Shown here in pieces: positions 26,868-34,387 of a DNA stretch of 64,000 bases. The DNA is taken from contig CANKWU010000007.1 of the NCBI GenBank assembly GCA_947487385.1, positions 7,894-71,893 on the forward strand, in the 5' to 3' direction. The position numbers and the translations under genes were made by a program. The DNA comes from Spartobacteria bacterium (GTDB lineage Bacteria; Verrucomicrobiota; Verrucomicrobiia; Chthoniobacterales; UBA6821). Position 1 is the first letter of the stretch; each line of letters starts with the position of its first letter. The notes beneath the pieces were generated by a model. It was not told the origin of the DNA. It made no database searches and worked only from the letters and a program-made list of their open reading frames with translations.

Positions 26868-29411
26868 ATGTCCATGCTCTCTCTGAAACATTATCTAACA
26901 CCCCGATCAATCGGGCAGCAGTTCGCCCTCACCATCGGAGCCGGAGCAGGTGTGATCCTGATCGTCTTGGCAGTAGCCAACTACATCAGTGGCAGGGAGC
27001 TGCTTCTCCAGCAAACTTCACAGGAGGCACTCCGGGCGGTAAATGACGAGATCAACACGATGGATGATCTCGTCGAGAAGATGGCGATGTATCCCGAGGT
27101 CATCGCCGCCACAGAACTCTCCGGCACGAATAACGAGGGAGTTAAGGTTCCATGGCTCTCCTCTCTGCTCGTGCACTCGCCGATGCCTGCCATCTACGGG
27201 GTCTACATGGCCAGAGATTCCAAGCACTGGCAGGATCCCGATTCCGACCCGTGGGTTGACCGCAAGAGCTGCCCAAATCCGGCACACCTGAAGTACGACT
27301 TCCATGATGAGAGTCAGGACTGGTACATCGGGGCAAAGGAGGACAAAAGACTCCATGTGACTCAGCCTTATTTTGATGCGGGAGGCTCAGACATCGACAT
27401 GATCAGCATTACCAAGCCCGTTTACTCAGACGAAGGAACCTTCGTTGGGGTGGCAGGCGTCGATGTGGCTCTGGACGAAATGCGAAAAATCGTCCGGAAA
27501 ATTAACATTAGGGATTATGAAACGGATCTGACTCAGGGCGATGGGGGCGGCAAGGTCACCCTCTCTCCGAAGAGTCAGACCGTGGGTGTGCAGGAACCGC
27601 ATGAAACGGCCTATCTGGTCTCCCAAAGTGGCGCGATCATCGTCAGTCCCGAGACATCGCAGGAAAAACCTGCTTCGAAATCTGGCGAACAGGATCCGAC
27701 CAAGGCCCTGGAAGACCTGCTCAGCAACGGACTGGTCACCAGCGTTCCCGGCATCCAGAAGATTCTGGCCTCGGACAGCGGATGGCAGCGCCTCAAGGAT
27801 GGAAGTAACAAGGTGATTTACTGGGCCAAGGGCAGGACCACCGGATGGAAACTGGTGCTGGAAGTGCCTTACGAACTCATCGTGGCTCCGGCCAGAAAAT
27901 TAGCAGAACAGTCGGCGATCATCGGTGGGGCGGGGCTTTTTGTGCTGATCGGTGTCGTGTTCTTCACATCCCGCAGGGTTTCGGAGCCCATTACCGAGCT
28001 TCAGACCGTGGCTACCTCGTTTGAGAAAGGAAGCTATGACGGCGGGGCGGGGATTCTGGAACGGATCGAAAAACGCCCCGACGAGCTGGGTCGGTTTGCC
28101 AAGAGCTTCTCCGCCATGGCGCAGGAAATCCGCCTGAGGGAAGAGCGTCTCTCGGAATGGAATGCCAATCTCGAACAGACAGTCAAGGACCGCACCGCCG
28201 ACCTCGCCGCAGCCATGGAGAAGGTCAAGACGGTCAATGCCGCCATGGAGGCGGAACTTGCAGAGGCAGCAGCTTACTCCCGTGCCGTACTGCCTGGGAA
28301 ACTGACCACGCCCGTCACCACCGACTGGGTATTCATCTCTTCTTCGCAGCTCGGTGGTGATTCCTTCGGTTATCACTGGATCGACGACGACACCTTCTCC
28401 CTTTATCTGCTCGATGTCTGCGGTCACGGCGTGGGGGCTGCCTTGCTCTCCACTAGCGTGGTGAATGTCCTCCGCTCCTCCTCCCTTGCTGACACAAACT
28501 TCCTAGATCCTGCAAATGTTCTTGCTCAACTGAATGCCGCTTTCCCGATGGAGCGGCATAACAACATGTATTTTACTGCCTGGTATGGAGTCTACACCCT
28601 CTCCACCGGCATCCTACGCTTTGCCAGCGGTGGTCACCCTCCCGCCGTATTGATCGCTCCAGACGGAAACGTGCTTCATCTCTCAGCCAAGGGCGCGGTC
28701 GTGGGAGCCTTCCCCAAGCCCATCTACGAAACGGCTTTGACTCAAGTTGTGCCGGGCTCCAGACTCTATCTTTTCAGTGACGGAACCTATGAAATCGATC
28801 GCCCCGACTCCACAATGATGACGCACGAGGAATTCTCCATTATCCTCAAGGATCCTGTTGCAACAGGAACCCGTAAACTGGAATCTGTCGTCATGGAGGT
28901 GCGACAACAGCAGCAAAAGGAAGCCTTCGCTGATGATTTCTCATTGGTGGAGTTTCTCTTCCCCGATAACCAGCCTGCGTCCCATGGGGTCCTCCGATTG
29001 AAGGCCGAACTTAGCGAACTGACACGACTCCACCCGTTTCTCACCTCCTACTGCGAGAAAGAAGGTACCCCTACGGAGCAGATCTTCGACTTCGAGGTCA
29101 TCCTCGAGGAACTCGTCACCAATGTCATCAAATACGGTTGTGTTCAGGCCGGGAAGGAATGCTGCCTCATCGAACTTCTCCGCGAGGGAAACCAAATCAC
29201 CATCCGCTTCAGCGACCATGGCAATCCGTTCAACCCACTTGATCGGGACGAAGTCGACACAGACAAACCGATTGAGGAACGCGAGATCGGAGGCCTCGGC
29301 ATCCACTTCATCAAGAATCTCACCGACTCACAGAGCTACGAATACAAGGATGGAATGAACATCCTCACTCTCAACGTAACATTCACTACTTTAGCTAATG
29401 TTGATGCCTGA
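26868..29411 (+). CDS. Membrane sensor: Cache-like + HAMP + PP2C/SpoIIE phosphatase fused to C-terminal RsbW-like serine kinase (HATPase_c)
   Basis: Architecture matches 24127..26244. It adds a C-terminal domain of about 140 aa with an N-box EELVTNVIKYG, DHGNPFNP and GGLGIHFIKNL. Confidence 0.8.
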   Translation: MSMLSLKHYLTPRSIGQQFALTIGAGAGVILIVLAVANYISGRELLLQQTSQEALRAVNDEINTMDDLVEKMAMYPEVIAATELSGTNNEGVKVPWLSSLLVHSPMPAIYGVYMARDSKHWQDPDSDPWVDRKSCPNPAHLKYDFHDESQDWYIGAKEDKRLHVTQPYFDAGGSDIDMISITKPVYSDEGTFVGVAGVDVALDEMRKIVRKINIRDYETDLTQGDGGGKVTLSPKSQTVGVQEPHETAYLVSQSGAIIVSPETSQEKPASKSGEQDPTKALEDLLSNGLVTSVPGIQKILASDSGWQRLKDGSNKVIYWAKGRTTGWKLVLEVPYELIVAPARKLAEQSAIIGGAGLFVLIGVVFFTSRRVSEPITELQTVATSFEKGSYDGGAGILERIEKRPDELGRFAKSFSAMAQEIRLREERLSEWNANLEQTVKDRTADLAAAMEKVKTVNAAMEAELAEAAAYSRAVLPGKLTTPVTTDWVFISSSQLGGDSFGYHWIDDDTFSLYLLDVCGHGVGAALLSTSVVNVLRSSSLADTNFLDPANVLAQLNAAFPMERHNNMYFTAWYGVYTLSTGILRFASGGHPPAVLIAPDGNVLHLSAKGAVVGAFPKPIYETALTQVVPGSRLYLFSDGTYEIDRPDSTMMTHEEFSIILKDPVATGTRKLESVVMEVRQQQQKEAFADDFSLVEFLFPDNQPASHGVLRLKAELSELTRLHPFLTSYCEKEGTPTEQIFDFEVILEELVTNVIKYGCVQAGKECCLIELLREGNQITIRFSDHGNPFNPLDRDEVDTDKPIEEREIGGLGIHFIKNLTDSQSYEYKDGMNILTLNVTFTTLANVDA
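28236..28605 (+). repeat. Partner of the 25480..25849 near-identical block
   Basis: See 25480..25849. Confidence 0.85.
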
Positions 29412-29657
29412 TCGCTCGAGAGGAGAGCGAAGCGAGGCTTTAGTGGTTCCCTGGTAGAGCTTGATCCCACTTCCTCGGTCTCACAAATCCAATGAACTTC
29501 CTCACCCAGTTGCGAAAAAGTCATACTTCCCCGCAACGATGCTGCGGGAGAACGGGCCTTGTGAAATCTTCCCCACCTCTCATCCCACATCGCATCGGAT
29601 ATGGGAGAACTCTGTGGAACCTTGGAAATCAACGAGTTATCACTCATCTTTTAAAAT

Positions 29658-29698
29658 AACACATGTGTTCCATTAGTGCAATATAATGACATGTCATT
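29658..29698. promoter_or_regulatory. Two perfect palindromes with a shared ACATGT core flanking a TATAAT hexamer
   Basis: AACACATGTGTT lies at 29658-29669, TATAAT at 29682-29687 and AATGACATGTCATT at 29685-29698. This is 23 nt upstream of the first gene of the AT-rich block. Confidence 0.35.
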
Positions 29699-29720
29699 CT
29701 AAAATACGTTCGCTTCAAAA

Positions 29721-30131
29721 ATGATCCTTCGATACACGGCAGTATCTATCTTCGCGACCTGCTTGGTTACTGGCTGCGATGAGTCCGTGCCACTGAATTA
29801 CTCCACTCGCGCTGATGCCAATGCCGAGAGCCTTTTCGCACGAGGATGGCTACCTGAGATTATTCCGCCATCGAGTCGCAACATTTCCATGCGCAACGAA
29901 CTCGACCTGAATATCTCGAACGGTGAGTTCAGTTTCGAGCAGTCGGATCATGACGCATTCGTGACCCAGCTTGAGAGAGAGTCATCACGGGACGAGGGTG
30001 GGTCTCTCGCCTATGTCTATCACGAATGGACCTTCTGGATCAATGGCGACAAGAACCACTGCCGATTTCACATGCGCCTCACCCGGAACAAAAAACAAAG
30101 CGAACAAGACGGCACATCCAACGGCGGGTAA
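29721..30131 (+). CDS. Small lipoprotein, unknown function
   Basis: The signal peptide plus lipobox is AVSIFATCLVTGC. No family recognised. Confidence 0.6.
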   Translation: MILRYTAVSIFATCLVTGCDESVPLNYSTRADANAESLFARGWLPEIIPPSSRNISMRNELDLNISNGEFSFEQSDHDAFVTQLERESSRDEGGSLAYVYHEWTFWINGDKNHCRFHMRLTRNKKQSEQDGTSNGG

Positions 30132-30165
30132 CCTCCTTCTTTGAATTCGGGCTTCACTCTCCTCC

Positions 30166-30888
30166 GTGGATGGCCTAGACGTTCGGCTGAAAAATCTTCC
30201 TATGCCCCTAACTCAATCCTATTCGCGCGTTAAAGACGGTGTCGTGCAAGTCCTCGCCCTGAACGGCTCAACGCTTGTATCCTTCGGATCAGGTTCGGTT
30301 ATCGACGATGGATGCAAGGTTCTGACCTGTGAGCATTGCGTGATTGCTGGCACGCAGGCAGCTATCGCAGACCCAAGGAACCCAGGACGAGCACTTTTCG
30401 GTAATGCGATCTTTGTGGACAAGGCCAACGATATCGCCGTGCTAGAATTTCCAAATCCTGTCGGCACGGCTGTCGAACTCGTGAATAGCTCGAAATGTCA
30501 GATTGGGAATGGTGCCTTTGTAGTTGGATTCCCAATGGGGGTGAACGAACAAACGCTCTTTTCTGCTCACATTGCTAGCATCACTGGAAGTCACCTCCGT
30601 ATTGATGCGTCAGTGAACCACGGCAACAGCGGTGGGCCGCTTTTTGACCTCGATGGCAGGCAGATCGGCATCGTGAACGCGAAACATGGCTCACTTTCGC
30701 AGTTTCTTACACAGGTGAAGGATGCCAAGCCTGGTGCGATGATGAGTATTGGAGGGATTGATCCAGTGAAAACAATTCAAGTGCTGATACAAGAAATGCA
30801 GAAGAATCTGAATTTGGGTATTGGTTACGCAGTTCCGACCGAGAAGATAAAACCACTTCACGCCATCCTCACAAAGTGTGTTAAATAA
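30166..30888 (+). CDS. Trypsin-like (S1/S1C) serine protease without PDZ domain
   Basis: The triad context is LTCEHCV (His), NDIAVLEF (Asp) and NHGNSGGPLF (Ser). The start may be GTG 30166 or ATG 30187. Confidence 0.75.
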   Translation: MDGLDVRLKNLPMPLTQSYSRVKDGVVQVLALNGSTLVSFGSGSVIDDGCKVLTCEHCVIAGTQAAIADPRNPGRALFGNAIFVDKANDIAVLEFPNPVGTAVELVNSSKCQIGNGAFVVGFPMGVNEQTLFSAHIASITGSHLRIDASVNHGNSGGPLFDLDGRQIGIVNAKHGSLSQFLTQVKDAKPGAMMSIGGIDPVKTIQVLIQEMQKNLNLGIGYAVPTEKIKPLHAILTKCVK

Positions 30889-30892
30889 ACTC

Positions 30893-30951
30893 GCCGAACA
30901 AGTCGGTGGAGGCAACCGGCATTCGCCGGTGCCTCACCTCTGCCGTTAGCC
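30893..30951 (+). repeat. attC-like element A (59 bp)
   Basis: GCCGAAC-aagtc-GGTG(G)AGGC-a-ACCGGC-attc-GCCGGT-GCCTCACC-tctgcc-GTTAGCC. The outer boxes resemble RYYYAAC / GTTRRRY with one mismatch each. The spacers are 5 and 6 nt, the left arm has a bulged G, and no T-run follows. Confidence 0.55.
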
Positions 30952-30963
30952 TAAAACCTACAC

Positions 30964-31596
30964 ATGATGCCATCGCTTAGCGTAGCAATTTCACTTATCG
31001 CACTAGGCGTGTCGGTAATTACGGCTTGGCTTACATTTTTTCGTCGAGGTAGGCTTGTAATGACGCAGCCGACGCTGGTGTTTTTCGGGCCAGACGGACC
31101 TCAGTTCATCGGAAAAAATAAAATATACCTTCGAACACTAATATATTGCACGGCTAAGCGTGGAATTGTAATTGAGAGCCTTCACGTGACAGTGCAGAGA
31201 AACGAGTCGAAACAGAACTTCAATATATGGGTATATGGAGACAATGGAGATCTGAAGAGAGGAAGCGGTATTTTCGTCCCACAGGAGGGAATTACATTCG
31301 ACCACCATTTTCTACAACCAGCAGACGGCTCTAACTTTAAATTTAAAGCAGGTGCATACAGACTGACGGTTTTAGCCAAGCTCGTAGGTGAAGAAACTCC
31401 TAAAGAGCTGATGACGATAAAGCTCTCAATAAGTGAGTCGCAAGAACTTGCGCTTTCAAGCCCGCAAACAGCTATCTTTTTCGACTGGGGACCTGATCAG
31501 CAAAACTATCATCCTCATATTCGAAACGGCATGGATATCGATTCGGATATGAAGAAACTCATAGAATCATTTGATAAAATAAAAGGAAAAGGCTAA
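30964..31596 (+). CDS. Hypothetical single-pass membrane protein
   Basis: N-terminal TM (SLSVAISLIALGVSVITAWLTFF) followed by a soluble domain that looks beta-rich. No family recognised. Confidence 0.55.
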   Translation: MMPSLSVAISLIALGVSVITAWLTFFRRGRLVMTQPTLVFFGPDGPQFIGKNKIYLRTLIYCTAKRGIVIESLHVTVQRNESKQNFNIWVYGDNGDLKRGSGIFVPQEGITFDHHFLQPADGSNFKFKAGAYRLTVLAKLVGEETPKELMTIKLSISESQELALSSPQTAIFFDWGPDQQNYHPHIRNGMDIDSDMKKLIESFDKIKGKG

Positions 31597-31648
31597 CCAA
31601 GCGATGCAGCGAACGCCCTTCGGTCGTCGCTGATCTTGCACGTTAAAT
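31591..31648 (+). repeat. attC-like element B (58 bp)
   Basis: GGCTAAC-caagc-GAT(G)CAGCGA-acgcccttcggtcg-TCGCTGATC-ttgcac-GTTAAAT. The right box is a perfect GTTRRRY. The stop codon TAA of the upstream gene lies inside the left box. Spacer and bulge geometry match element A. Confidence 0.55.
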
Positions 31649-31665
31649 AACTCCAAGCTTTTCCT

Positions 31666-32163
31666 GTGCTAATTAGCCCATTGGCAGATGTTCCAGCGGC
31701 CATTCCTACGATGGCAAAATGGTTCTATGATGAATGGCACACCTTTGATGGTCGTTCCATCGATCAGATCACTGCCCAACTTTCAGATAATCTCAACCGC
31801 CATTCACTCCCTATCACCTTTGTGGCACATGAGAATCTTGAGATCATGGGGACTGTTTCCCTCGATATTTCGGATCTTCCGGAATTTGACTGCTATTCTC
31901 CTTGGCTCTCATCGCTCTATGTCCATGAGGGCCATCGAGGCAAAGGCGTTGCCTCTACTCTTGTCAGTCATCTCAAGCATTTTGCATGCTCAGGTGGAGT
32001 CACTCCCTTATACCTCTGGACTCCTGGCTCTACATCCCTCTACGAGCGATTAGGATGGTTTGAGATTTCAAGAAGATCTTACCGATATAAGGATATCACT
32101 ATCATGAGTTATGCCGGTTTGCATGGGTGTTCTGTACATAGTGTCGCTCAGCTCCTACGTTGA
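31666..32163 (+). CDS. GNAT-family N-acetyltransferase
   Basis: The acetyl-CoA motif A is HEGHRGKGVASTLV. The start may be GTG 31666 or ATG 31711. Confidence 0.75.
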   Translation: MLISPLADVPAAIPTMAKWFYDEWHTFDGRSIDQITAQLSDNLNRHSLPITFVAHENLEIMGTVSLDISDLPEFDCYSPWLSSLYVHEGHRGKGVASTLVSHLKHFACSGGVTPLYLWTPGSTSLYERLGWFEISRRSYRYKDITIMSYAGLHGCSVHSVAQLLR

Positions 32164-32169
32164 GGAAAA

Positions 32170-32583
32170 ATGAATATTCATTACGAAACTAATCGTGCGA
32201 TTTCTGAGCATGAATTTATCGACCTGCTTCGTCGCTCGACGTTAGCCGAACGTCGCCCCATTGATGACGCAAACTGCGTGAAAGCGATGCTTCATCATGC
32301 AAATTTGCTCTGTACTGCGTGGGACGGTACGGCGTTGGTTGGTGTAGCCCGCTCTGTTACCGATTTTGAGTATTGCTGTTACTTATCTGATTTGGCGGTT
32401 GACCAAGACTATCAGAAGAAGGGGATTGGTCGTGCGTTGATCCGACTGACACAGTCAAAGCTAGGGAAGCGAGCGAAGTTGATTCTCCTGGCGGCACCGA
32501 AGGCCGAAGCTTATTACCCTCAGATTGGGTTCGAGGCGCACCGATCCGCATGGCTTATCCCCGCTATCCAAGAACTAAAATAA
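32170..32583 (+). CDS. GNAT-family N-acetyltransferase
   Basis: Motif A is DQDYQKKGIGRALI. A GAGG sits 8 nt upstream of the ATG, and the gene is only 6 nt from the previous GNAT stop. Confidence 0.8.
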   Translation: MNIHYETNRAISEHEFIDLLRRSTLAERRPIDDANCVKAMLHHANLLCTAWDGTALVGVARSVTDFEYCCYLSDLAVDQDYQKKGIGRALIRLTQSKLGKRAKLILLAAPKAEAYYPQIGFEAHRSAWLIPAIQELK

Positions 32584-32593
32584 AAATCACGAA

Positions 32594-32635
32594 GCCAAAC
32601 CAGGCGTTAAAACATAACGCCCACGGACGTTAGCC
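32594..32635 (+). repeat. attC-like element C (short/degenerate)
   Basis: GCCAAAC-ca-GGCGTTA-aaaca-TAACGCC-cacggac-GTTAGCC. The right box is identical to that of element A, but the spacers are asymmetric (2 and 7 nt) and the length is only 42 bp. Confidence 0.3.
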
Positions 32636-32851
32636 TAATTCCTCAGCCAAGGCGGGGAAGTTTGGATGCAGGACATGACGGCTTGGAACCAAGCCTCAGG
32701 GAAGAGGCGCGGGAGACGGCCTCCCGGCAGCCCTACAGAGAGGGACTGCTTGCCGGAAGCAAGTTTGCCGTCAAAAGCCCATTAGTCATCCTACGCCGAC
32801 CGTAGGCCAACGCTGCTATCCGCCGATATCGCGAGCGCCTTCCCTTGCCAC

Positions 32852-34264
32852 TTAGATCTTGCGGAGCTGAATCGAATCAAACTTCTCATCCCCCTCAACG
32901 ATGTCGCTCATCACGATGAGCTGATCACCTTTGTTCAGGAGGCCACGGGAAAGAAGAAGTTCTTCTGCCTTTTTGACAGATTCCTCGGGAGTCGCCCCGA
33001 ATGGCATCACGAGCGGCATGACGCCCCAGTTGAGCGTGAGATGACGGGCCGTCACTTCCGAAGGGGTGATGGCGTAGATGGTTGCGTGCTCGGGACGGAT
33101 GTGGCTGGTGTAGTCGGCCATGTCGCCGTGGCGGGTCAAGACGGCAATGCTGGCATTCGCAAAGGAGTTAGCCAGCACGACACCGGAGTGTGCGGTCTTC
33201 TGGCGGGGAGTCAGCAGGGAGGTCTGCTCGGCAAAGTGGGCGCTGCCGCTACGCTCAATACGACGTGCGATCCGGTCGAGGACCTTCACGCAATCGATGG
33301 GATATTTCCCGACGGTAGTTTCTCCACTGAGCATGATGGCATCAGCCTGCTCAAAGACTGCGTTGGCGACATCGGTCACCTCGGCGCGGGTCGGGACAGG
33401 ATTTTCGATCATCGACTCCAGCATGTGCGTGGCGACAATGACCTGCTTGCCGATCTTAAGAGCTATCTTGAGAATCTTGCGCTGGATGATGGGCAGTTCC
33501 TCCATCGGGCATTCGATGCCGAGATCTCCACGGGCGATCATGACGGCATCGGTCTCCTTGATGATCTCGGCGATCAGCTTGACGGCGCTCTGATCCTCGA
33601 TCTTCGCGATGACGCGGGCCTTGCTGTTATGGAGAGCCAACACACGGCGCATCTCGACGACGTCCGAAGGTTCGCGACAGAAACTCAGGGCGACAAAGTC
33701 GACGCCCACCTCGGTGCCGACAGCAATATCAGCAAGGTCTTTTTCCGTGAGGGGGGGGAGATTGACCTTCACTCCCGGCAGATTGATATGCCTGCGGGAA
33801 CCAAGCGCTCCCGGTGTGAGTACCTCGCAGCGGATACGGTTATTGATCTTGGAAAGAACCTTGAGATGGATGACGCCATTGTCCACAAGGACCACGTCCC
33901 CCTCGTTGATGTCGTCGATCAGGCCGTCGTAGTTAACGTTGACGGAATAGAGCTCCTCACTGCGGGCACCACGGACGGTGAACTCCATGATGTCCCCAAC
34001 CTTGAGATTAAGTTTCGTCGGGAGGTCGCCGGTGCGGACAGCAGGACCCTGTGTGTCGAGGAGGATACCTACCGGCATATCAAGCTCGGCAGCGATCCCC
34101 CTGATGGTCGGGACGATCTGGCGCACCCAATCATGCTGGGCATGGCTCATGTTGAGCCTGAAGATATTGGTTCCAGCCAGGATCATCTCGCGAAGACGCT
34201 CCGGAGACTCGGTCGCAGGGCCTAGGGTACAGATAATTTTGGTTTTACGAAGAGCAATGGTCAT
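32852..34264 (-). CDS. pyk: Pyruvate kinase
   Basis: RKTKIICTLGPA, NMSHAQH and MIARGDLGIE. The start is taken at ATG 34264 (MTIALRKTKI). Confidence 0.9.
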   Translation of the reverse strand: MTIALRKTKIICTLGPATESPERLREMILAGTNIFRLNMSHAQHDWVRQIVPTIRGIAAELDMPVGILLDTQGPAVRTGDLPTKLNLKVGDIMEFTVRGARSEELYSVNVNYDGLIDDINEGDVVLVDNGVIHLKVLSKINNRIRCEVLTPGALGSRRHINLPGVKVNLPPLTEKDLADIAVGTEVGVDFVALSFCREPSDVVEMRRVLALHNSKARVIAKIEDQSAVKLIAEIIKETDAVMIARGDLGIECPMEELPIIQRKILKIALKIGKQVIVATHMLESMIENPVPTRAEVTDVANAVFEQADAIMLSGETTVGKYPIDCVKVLDRIARRIERSGSAHFAEQTSLLTPRQKTAHSGVVLANSFANASIAVLTRHGDMADYTSHIRPEHATIYAITPSEVTARHLTLNWGVMPLVMPFGATPEESVKKAEELLLSRGLLNKGDQLIVMSDIVEGDEKFDSIQLRKI

Positions 34265-34387
34265 AAAAATGGGATGGTTTGGAAATGATGTCTCGGCAGT
34301 GTCTGGGGAATCCAAAGAGCCAATCAGAGAGGCACGCTCTTGAAAAGCATCACTTCAATGAGACTCTGTAGAATTGTGCGGCGGTTG

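Larger units (their letters stand above)
29721..32635 (+). mobile_element. Integron-like gene-cassette array (three putative cassettes; no integrase or attI in window)
   Basis: Five short co-oriented genes lie in an AT-richer stretch. Cassette-like boundaries are marked by attC-like elements at 30893-30951, 31591-31648 and (degenerate) 32594-32635. Confidence 0.5.

Noticed and set aside
29336-29647. 103-aa minus-strand ORF (and + ORF 29461..29676) in the leader of the AT-rich block
   Set aside because: It overlaps the 3' end of the sensor-kinase gene by 76 nt and has no motifs or signal and an odd composition. I treat the region as non-coding.
30126-30190. Possible attC between the lipoprotein and protease genes (GGGTAAC ... 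GTTCGGC)
   Set aside because: The outer boxes are poor matches and I could find no inner inverted repeat or stem. The two genes are therefore treated as one cassette.
32639-32653. 15-mer TTCCTCAGCCAAGGC shared with positions 8-22 at the window start (CTCAGCCAA also at ~40066)
   Set aside because: A few exact 15-mer coincidences are expected by chance in 64 kb on two strands. Flanking similarity is weak, and the translated similarity (ALAEE) is too short to support a gene-fragment duplication.
33041-34225. 394-aa + strand ORF opposite pyruvate kinase
   Set aside because: It is the antisense shadow of pyk, with a D/G/H-rich nonsense composition and no motifs.
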